Source: a virus
Virus record (IMG/VR): IMGVR_UViG_3300047393_000086
Span: 12,992 to 76,991 of that record
Length of the DNA stretch: 64,000 nt
Reading direction: 5' to 3' (one strand)
Translations under genes and position numbers: made by a program
In this document: piece by piece, positions 57,180 through 64,000 of the stretch
How positions within the stretch are numbered: position 1 is the first letter of the stretch
Layout of the letters: every line of letters begins with the position of its first letter
The notes under the pieces: model-generated
Told to the model about the DNA's origin: nothing
The model's input: the letters and a program-made list of their open reading frames with translations, nothing else
Databases searched by the model: none

Positions 57180-58607
57180 TTAAACAATTGGAGAGTATCT
57201 CTCACTCATGATTGTTTTATCCATGATTTGCTGTGGAGATTCAATATCTCCTCCAAGTAAGCTTGTCATAATTGCTGGAGAGAATCCTGAAATCAATGCA
57301 GTTCCTTCTGTATCAAATGCAACTGGTACTCCACCATTTCTGGATTGAATGTTCCAATAAACAATTTGAGGCATTTTGTAACCTGAAGACTCATACATGT
57401 CATTAATTACTTGTTGAGCTGTTAGGTTCCATGACGCTTGATTTCTCCAACCACTGGATCTGGTTGCTGCGTTAAACTCCATATCTGATAGGATTAGGAT
57501 TTTATTTGGCATTTCATCTTGAGATAATCCATGCTTAGTGGCCTGATCTAAGATCAGCTTGAAAGTTGCCTCAAGATCTGTAGACATTCCCCAATCGGAG
57601 TTTGACATCTGTGTGTAGCGATCTTTCAATGAACCACTTAATACTTGTAACTGCGGAGTACTTGAGAATGTTATAAATGCATCTTTAAAAGGACCTTCAT
57701 TTCTTTCAGAAATATAAAGACCTAAAGAGATTGCAACATCCATACATGTTACTGATTTACTACCACCTGCTGAGCAGGACATAGAACCTGAAACATCCAC
57801 CACTGGTAAAATCATATCGTTTGCTCCTTCTAAATAATTTGGAAGTGCTTTCCATTGTTCGTTTGCTACGGTTGCATTTCCATAATTTAATGATTTTGTA
57901 ACATCATAAGGATAAACTGCACCTGCATTAATTGTGGCCTCTCCTTTTACAAGAGAAGCAATATAAGCTGAATAACTTTCATATGCATTTTTACCAAAGG
58001 CTTTTTGGTATCTTGCAGAAGCAACTGATGGTAATTTACCGAATTCAATAGAATCCCATTCTTTAGCACACATTTTAGTTTCAACTACATTAGTCAAATT
58101 AACTAAAGTTTTACGGTATTGTTTTGGAGATAAATCCATGAATTTACGTAACTTTTCAGCATTTTGACCCTTACGTGGCATCCATTTTGCACATAAACCA
58201 TTTTCTGCTTTAATAGCATTTTCAATTATAATTAATGCATCATTTTCTAAATAAGTTCCAAAAAGAGATAATAAGTCATCAAAACGACCATACTCTGGAA
58301 TTAAGTGTAAATTTGGTTTTAGGACCAAATCATGATTTTCAGCTAAATAAACTAAAATGTCTTTAAAGACTTGACGCTCTCCGGCTCCACCGCGAACATC
58401 TCTAGCCCAAAAAAGTAGTTTCATAGCACGCTTAGGATCTTCGTTAAATGCTTTTGAAAAGGTTGCGATCAAACGTTGTTTGTCTTGGCCTCTCATTGCT
58501 CCAATATTAAAGAAAAGGTCAACACATGCATTCAATGAAGTTGAATTTGTTGCCATTCCATTTTCTGTTACGATGTCTTCTTGTCTTAATGCGTCTACGA
58601 ATTTCAT
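57180..58607 (-). CDS. DUF2828-type TROVE/Ro-like protein with VWA domain
   Basis: TENG, RDVRGGAGER, YGRFDDL, AKWMPR, MIDAS DVSGSM, ILSDMEF, VYWN. Confidence 0.8.
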   Translation of the reverse strand: MKFVDALRQEDIVTENGMATNSTSLNACVDLFFNIGAMRGQDKQRLIATFSKAFNEDPKRAMKLLFWARDVRGGAGERQVFKDILVYLAENHDLVLKPNLHLIPEYGRFDDLLSLFGTYLENDALIIIENAIKAENGLCAKWMPRKGQNAEKLRKFMDLSPKQYRKTLVNLTNVVETKMCAKEWDSIEFGKLPSVASARYQKAFGKNAYESYSAYIASLVKGEATINAGAVYPYDVTKSLNYGNATVANEQWKALPNYLEGANDMILPVVDVSGSMSCSAGGSKSVTCMDVAISLGLYISERNEGPFKDAFITFSSTPQLQVLSGSLKDRYTQMSNSDWGMSTDLEATFKLILDQATKHGLSQDEMPNKILILSDMEFNAATRSSGWRNQASWNLTAQQVINDMYESSGYKMPQIVYWNIQSRNGGVPVAFDTEGTALISGFSPAIMTSLLGGDIESPQQIMDKTIMSERYSPIV

Positions 58608-58640
58608 TTTGATTATTTTTAAGTTCTTAACTTATACTAA

Positions 58641-58892
58641 TTACTTTGAGTTTGTTTCAAAAAAACTTTGTTTTTTTAAATCTATTTTTAGCCAAAAAAG
58701 TCTTATTACTGATTCTAAATCCTCTTCTATAATGTCATCTTCAAGAGCCGTAATAATAATAAAGTTATCAACCATTTTTTTAGATACTTCTACTTGCTCG
58801 ACATTAATACAAGAATCGATTGTTTTTTCTATTTTATTAATAGCTGATTTTGCCCAATCTTTATAATTTTCTGGTCGAAATATGTAGTTCAT
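58641..58892 (-). CDS. hypothetical protein
   Basis: 83-aa ORF with class-II promoter variant at 58916. Confidence 0.55.
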   Translation of the reverse strand: MNYIFRPENYKDWAKSAINKIEKTIDSCINVEQVEVSKKMVDNFIIITALEDDIIEEDLESVIRLFWLKIDLKKQSFFETNSK

Positions 58893-58950
58893 ATTATGAT
58901 TATTTAAAGTTGAATATTATATAATACTTTCTAAAAAAGTTTATAAACAC

Positions 58951-58978
58951 AAAAAGACCCTGAAAAATCAGGGTCTTT
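58951..58978 (-). terminator. intrinsic terminator
   Basis: AAAGACCCTGA/TCAGGGTCTTT stem. Confidence 0.75.
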
Positions 58979-59019
58979 AAATCCATATTAATGGTATAAT
59001 TCGATGATACTCAAAATTA

Positions 59020-59868
59020 TTAATATTCAAATGGTGGTGTTCCATAGTCAGCATGTTTAACAGCATACCAAGCTCCTTTTGGTCCGTGTATATACCACCA
59101 TCCACGATCAGAGTCTACTAATTGAAATTCTCCCTTTAATTTTACATCTTGGAATTTAGAAAAATGTTTGGTTACAGGTACTCCGTCTGGCCATAATTTT
59201 GTACAAACTTGAGCTTTAAAACTTCTACCGTCAAATTGTCCTAAAAAAACTTTAGCATCATATCCTTCTTGCTGTTCATCGTTTGCAAAAGTATTAACTG
59301 CAGTTTCAACACCTTCATTAATATATTGTTCGAACGTTTTGAATTTTTTACGGTTTGTTAAATAATCCTTACGTTCTTTTTTTCTTTTTAAATGCTCTTC
59401 TTCAGCATCTCCAGCTCCTGATAAAACATCACCAGATCCTGGTTGAGTCGCTGTTGGTAATAATGTAGCTCCAATACCTCCGATATTTGCTGCAGAGATA
59501 CCCTCTTCAAGTTCATGAAAATTATCATTTGCTTGTTTTAAGTATTCGTACGCTGAAGTGATGTGCGCTTGAATCCATCCTGGTAAGTTCTTTTCAACTT
59601 GACCAATTTTTCCTAATAGTTCATCAGCAGCTTTTTTAATTGCTTCTATCTGACCCATTGCCATTCCAACTTCATGGTCTTCTCCTTCTTTAACGTGATC
59701 TGGAAGTCCTTCATGTTCAGTACTTGCAAAATCCTTAAGTTGTTGAAGTGTCATAGAATCTGCAAGATCTTTTACTTCTTGACTCGCATCCTTAGGGTCC
59801 ATATCTCCTTTTTTAAGAGAGTACGCCATACCCATTAATCTTTGTTGTGCTTTACTAGTACTTGGCAT
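59020..59868 (-). CDS. multi-domain putative head protein (DUF3008-like N-terminus)
   Basis: MPSTSKAQQRLMGMA...LKDFAST.HEGLP; internal KFKTFEQYINE. Confidence 0.55.
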   Translation of the reverse strand: MPSTSKAQQRLMGMAYSLKKGDMDPKDASQEVKDLADSMTLQQLKDFASTEHEGLPDHVKEGEDHEVGMAMGQIEAIKKAADELLGKIGQVEKNLPGWIQAHITSAYEYLKQANDNFHELEEGISAANIGGIGATLLPTATQPGSGDVLSGAGDAEEEHLKRKKERKDYLTNRKKFKTFEQYINEGVETAVNTFANDEQQEGYDAKVFLGQFDGRSFKAQVCTKLWPDGVPVTKHFSKFQDVKLKGEFQLVDSDRGWWYIHGPKGAWYAVKHADYGTPPFEY

Positions 59869-59870
59869 AA

Positions 59871-60407
59871 TTATTTTGCGTCTATTTGTATGATTTCAGA
59901 ACCTCTGATTTCAACATTATTTTCTCCAATATTAGAATCAAATGTTCCGTGAATGTCTTCTCCGCCTGGGATTGCATTGTTTTGCATACCTCCTAGTTTT
60001 CTAGAGAATTTTCCTCCATCAACATCATCCATGAAACCAACATTAATTACAAAATCGCCAGGAATTGCAATATATAGAGGGCCGCCATCAGAGTTTAATT
60101 TATTAGCAGTGTCAGGTTCCCATGTTTTATTTAGTCCTTGAACATGCACATAAACTACTTGTTCCATGTCTTTAACCGCTTTTTGAACTTCATCTAAAAT
60201 GATCTTAACACCATCTTTATAGAAATCTCCCCAAGCTCCATTAATTTCTTCTAGGGTATCGGCAGCATCTCCTTCAAATGAAACTCTTTCAATTTCTTTT
60301 TTAAAAGCTTGCATTACTTTACCAATAATACCCTTTGAAGCGTACGGACCAGTCATTCTGTATGCTTTTTCTGTTAAGAATTCTTCGTATAATTTAATAT
60401 GTTTCAT
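59871..60407 (-). CDS. MKHIKL-family putative internal virion protein
   Basis: MKHIKLYEEFLTEK. Confidence 0.6.
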   Translation of the reverse strand: MKHIKLYEEFLTEKAYRMTGPYASKGIIGKVMQAFKKEIERVSFEGDAADTLEEINGAWGDFYKDGVKIILDEVQKAVKDMEQVVYVHVQGLNKTWEPDTANKLNSDGGPLYIAIPGDFVINVGFMDDVDGGKFSRKLGGMQNNAIPGGEDIHGTFDSNIGENNVEIRGSEIIQIDAK

Positions 60408-60411
60408 CGTT

Positions 60412-60735
60412 TTATTTTATTTTCTTGCGAATATATTCGTCGTATACTGATGGCGTATTTGGATTAACAAACATTAAATCTTTTCCATCATAACTCCATA
60501 CTGTTTGTCCGTTTTCTCTACTTTCTTTGGTTGTTGCCCATGCTGAGGTACCATGTCTTTCAACCTCATCTCCGTTAGATTCAGTGTACTTAATCAAATC
60601 CTCAATAGATGATGCATCTACTTTTTTTATTACTCTTTGGAATACTTCTTTACCAGGTGCAAAGACTCCTAAAAATCTATTCTTTTTGCTTTTGTCTTCG
60701 TTTACAAAATCTTCGTATAGTTTTATATGTTTCAT
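60412..60735 (-). CDS. MKHIKL-family putative internal virion protein
   Basis: MKHIKLYEDFVNED. Confidence 0.6.
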   Translation of the reverse strand: MKHIKLYEDFVNEDKSKKNRFLGVFAPGKEVFQRVIKKVDASSIEDLIKYTESNGDEVERHGTSAWATTKESRENGQTVWSYDGKDLMFVNPNTPSVYDEYIRKKIK

Positions 60736-60748
60736 AATTTTTTATTTT

Positions 60749-63076
60749 TTACCAGCCGTAACTTTTAGTTTCGATTTTCTTAGTATAATCACTAATGTTT
60801 TTTGCGTATTTCGTTAATTCACGTTCGTAATAATCAGTGTCATATCCTGCTGCTTTTTCTTTTTCGTCACTAGCAACAGCCTGTACATATCTATTATATT
60901 CATCTAAGATGTTTCTCATTAAATTTGAAGCATCTCCTATTTTAACTTCTTTTCCTCTTGGATCTAATCCAATTAGCATATCGCCATATTTTCCTTTTTC
61001 TCCTTTAGTTAAAGCATCTTTGATTTGATTTGATAATGCATCAATTGCATCTAAAACTACTTGGTCAATTGGCATTGCAGCTGCTTTTTTAGCTAAAATT
61101 GCATTATATCTTGCTTTATTTTCATCTTTAAATGCTCTAGGATCCATTATTGCAGTTGCTCCTTTTCTTGCAGCTTCTCTGTCTGCTTTTAATGAAGATG
61201 TTGAATATCTTGCATCAAGAACTGTTAAGTCTAAACAATATGCTCTATCAGCTAAATCAACTACTTGTTTCAAACTTGAAATACCGGTACCATATTGATC
61301 GTTAGCACTTGATTTATTGATTCCAGCAGAATCATCTCTTTTAGTTTTTACTAAAGTTCTACCAGTTGCTTGTCTACTGTGCTTGCTCCATTCTGTATTC
61401 ATCCATTCGTTAGAACCGTCTGTTATTGCTAATAATGTATTTGCAGGAATTGATTTTGCATTCCATGAGTTTTTACCAGCATATGGATTTTCTTTTTCAT
61501 TTGTTGTAAAGTAAAAATAAACAGCTCTTGCTCTTTTCTCTTTCTTTGCCTGATCTGGTGTCATTTCGAGAATATCAATATCTTGAATTTTGTCAAGTGC
61601 TAATTTCGCCATGTTGTAAAATGCTTGTGGAAGATCTTTTGGCATTGCGTATGCACCTATTAATAAACTTGCAAGTTTTGTAGAAGCAAAAGCCTCGTTT
61701 AATGTACCTTCATTTAATTTATTCTCAACGAATTCTGAGAATGATTCATAAATAAATTTCGTTTTCATATCTTTTGTGTTTTTATTTTCATCTAAGTCTA
61801 TTGCCCAACCATATTCAACGTATGCAATTGCGTCTTCAGGATCAACATCCCATTTAACTGCTGCATCTAATACAATTTTTCTTGTAATTTTTGAATTTGG
61901 ATATTTTGAAATTGCTTTGTCGAAACCGCCAGGAACCCAAATTTTAGGGGCTTTTTCAGTTGCTTCAGCAACCATAACATTTTTTAGAATTGTTTTCCCA
62001 GACTTAGATAAACTAATTCCATCTTCAGATACATTAAAGTGTCGCGCATTTCTTTTTAACCATCTTTTAGAATCTGTTGTCATTTCTTTTAATAAGTTGT
62101 CAAATTCTACTTGAGATATTTTACCATCTTTGATAGCTTCTAATACTTTATTTCTAATTTTTGCTGCTTTACCAACAATAACTGCTGGATGATTTTCAGT
62201 ATATTGTCTTTTGATTGTAACGTTTCTTTCATTAACTACAGATTCTGCAGCCATTCCATAACAATCAGCGAATTCATCGATGTCAAATCCGTAATGATCT
62301 ACTAGATCAACGATTTCGTCAGGGAAATCCATCTCATCATTTCTCATTGATTTTCTAAGACCAGTTACCTTGTCATAGTTTGTATAAACAAAGTCAGCTA
62401 AGTCATAGCATGTCGGTTTATCTCCGGCCATGTCTACTAATTTATCTAAAGGTAATGCTTTAGCTTCAGTTACTACAGATTCTGCAACGTTAGATTCCCA
62501 ATAGTCTTGCAGTTTTTCAAATTCACTACGACCCATATTAGAAATCATATATTCAATAATGTCATTATCGTAATCCTCTGCTTCATCAGCATAACCTCCT
62601 GGTGTATCGATGTAATCTTTACCCATGATTTTTTTAATTGCTGATTCTGGCATACTGTCGATTTCCTCTAAGAAATCTTCAAAGTTTTCAGTGTTTTTAA
62701 AACCTTTAGCTTCATCTAATTCTTCTGAATTTTTATCATATGCATCTAAAAATGATTCATTTGTAAATGCTTTTTTCATGTTTTTAGCAATTGTATCTAC
62801 TGAATCATTTTTCTTACCATATATAGGATTTGAAGGTACCGCCATATTCATAACATTTCCATTTTGATAAATGTTATATGAACCTCCATCAAATTCTTCT
62901 CCGTCAATATCAAGGTCAAATGAATCTTCCTCTAATGTTCTTTTGTTTACAGTAACTTTACTTTTGTCTATTTTAGACATTGCATCGGCAAATTTCTGTG
63001 CAACCTCTAAAGTCTCTTCCTTTGTAAGACCTGCTGGTTTTCCGTATGCTTCATTTAAGAATTGGTTGAAATTCAT
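60749..63076 (-). CDS. large late protein, probable protease-processed polyprotein
   Basis: MNFNQFLNEA; repeated linkers AESVV(T/N)E and LNE; late promoter at 63099. Confidence 0.55.
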   Translation of the reverse strand: MNFNQFLNEAYGKPAGLTKEETLEVAQKFADAMSKIDKSKVTVNKRTLEEDSFDLDIDGEEFDGGSYNIYQNGNVMNMAVPSNPIYGKKNDSVDTIAKNMKKAFTNESFLDAYDKNSEELDEAKGFKNTENFEDFLEEIDSMPESAIKKIMGKDYIDTPGGYADEAEDYDNDIIEYMISNMGRSEFEKLQDYWESNVAESVVTEAKALPLDKLVDMAGDKPTCYDLADFVYTNYDKVTGLRKSMRNDEMDFPDEIVDLVDHYGFDIDEFADCYGMAAESVVNERNVTIKRQYTENHPAVIVGKAAKIRNKVLEAIKDGKISQVEFDNLLKEMTTDSKRWLKRNARHFNVSEDGISLSKSGKTILKNVMVAEATEKAPKIWVPGGFDKAISKYPNSKITRKIVLDAAVKWDVDPEDAIAYVEYGWAIDLDENKNTKDMKTKFIYESFSEFVENKLNEGTLNEAFASTKLASLLIGAYAMPKDLPQAFYNMAKLALDKIQDIDILEMTPDQAKKEKRARAVYFYFTTNEKENPYAGKNSWNAKSIPANTLLAITDGSNEWMNTEWSKHSRQATGRTLVKTKRDDSAGINKSSANDQYGTGISSLKQVVDLADRAYCLDLTVLDARYSTSSLKADREAARKGATAIMDPRAFKDENKARYNAILAKKAAAMPIDQVVLDAIDALSNQIKDALTKGEKGKYGDMLIGLDPRGKEVKIGDASNLMRNILDEYNRYVQAVASDEKEKAAGYDTDYYERELTKYAKNISDYTKKIETKSYGW

Positions 63077-63098
63077 AATTTTTTATTTTATTTATGTT

Positions 63099-64000
63099 TT
63101 ATATATCTTTATTAATAAACTGCTCAAATGTCATGATTTCTGTTGAAACTGATTCAGCAACAACTCCCATTGAATCTTCAATTTTGTATTTTAATTCGTT
63201 GTACATTCCATGAACTGCCTTTGGCGTTAAATTTTGGAATTGCTTTTCATTACCATCTAATAATGCGTTTCTTACAGCAGTTGCTGAAATATCGTCGTCA
63301 GTTCTTGAAATTTCAAAAAGTCCAAAATCAGCTCTTACGTTTAATTGGTCTCTATAAGAATCATTATTAACTTGATAACCATAACTTGCCATTCTATCGC
63401 TTCCAGTTCCCCAAAGTACTGGTTCGTATTTTGGTCTCATTTCATTAAACATAGTATCAATACCGCCAGTTGGAATTACAAATATTTCTTTTAAGAATGG
63501 GTACTGTTTTTTAACATTATTGAACATATCTATTTGAGTGCTCTCGTCATATGGTCTGCTAAATTCATCACCTTTCTTTTTAGTTTTTGCTTTAACTAAA
63601 AATACAACTACTGGGTAGCCATTTTCTTTATGAATTGTTTCCAATACTTTAGCATGTCCTAATGTAAATGGTTGAAATCTTCCAACAAACATATTTACTG
63701 GTTGTTTTCCTTGTTCAACATGATTAACTTTGAGCGCTTCATTTAAGTCAACTGAAGATTTAATTTTATTATGTAACATAAAATTTTGATAATCATAGAT
63801 TGAATTTTCATCAGTTTGTTCTACAAATATCTTTTCATTAATTTTATCGATGATTTCGTTCATACTCTTCATTGTATCTTCATCAATAAGATTGGTTGCC
63901 TTTGTTCTTTTCTTTCTAAAAGAACTTAAAATCATTTTAAAAAGCTCTGCTAAAACATCGTTTGCCACGAATTTTAGGGTCTTTTCATTTTTAATGTATT
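63099..64000 (-). CDS. protein with C-terminal cytidylyltransferase-like (HxGH) nucleotidyltransferase domain; 5' end outside window
   Basis: GRFQPFTLGH, G.DR, ISATAVR; frame is open to the window edge. Confidence 0.75.
   Translation of the reverse strand, partial: YIKNEKTLKFVANDVLAELFKMILSSFRKKRTKATNLIDEDTMKSMNEIIDKINEKIFVEQTDENSIYDYQNFMLHNKIKSSVDLNEALKVNHVEQGKQPVNMFVGRFQPFTLGHAKVLETIHKENGYPVVVFLVKAKTKKKGDEFSRPYDESTQIDMFNNVKKQYPFLKEIFVIPTGGIDTMFNEMRPKYEPVLWGTGSDRMASYGYQVNNDSYRDQLNVRADFGLFEISRTDDDISATAVRNALLDGNEKQFQNLTPKAVHGMYNELKYKIEDSMGVVAESVSTEIMTFEQFINKDI

Noticed and set aside
1593-63370. Numerous plus-strand ORFs in the track (for example 8108, 9947, 14008, 27901, 48583, 58480)
   Set aside because: They are antisense shadows of well-supported minus-strand genes, with Ser/Phe/Ile-rich composition and no motifs
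1-64000. Stop-codon reassignment as in some Bacteroidota phages
   Set aside because: Core genes are full length in the standard code with dense packing, and TAA, TGA and TAG all terminate genes

Overview
This window is part of a large AT-rich T4-like myovirus genome, with almost all genes on the minus strand. A Bacteroidota (Flavobacteria-like) host is inferred from the promoter style and the A-rich start contexts without Shine-Dalgarno sites. It holds the T4-type virion module (tape-measure candidate, tube, sheath, terminase, neck, capsid, protease-scaffold fusion, portal, gp2/gp4/gp15). It also holds the replication module (RNase H, clamp and clamp loader, gp46/47, helicase, UvsX, a split family-B polymerase, NrdAB) and two sigma factors. 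Main observations: (1) a candidate inositol-based DNA hypermodification cluster at 50786-56042 (dUTPase-like enzyme, amino acid:DNA transferase-like HhH protein, FkbM methyltransferase, HAD phosphatase, inositol-1-phosphate synthase, SGNH-like protein, DUF6378); (2) tandem stem-closed ACAGCAA non-coding RNAs near a TROVE/Ro-like VWA gene; (3) three promoter classes implying a host sigma -> phage ECF sigma -> gp55 cascade; (4) a family of late proteins with a T4-like capsid-targeting peptide, including an ATP-grasp ligase paired with N5-(carboxyethyl)ornithine synthase; (5) a NEIL1-like glycosylase next to a 3'-phosphatase; (6) an apparently catalytically dead metallophosphoesterase. All family calls come from motif recognition by eye; no database searches were run.
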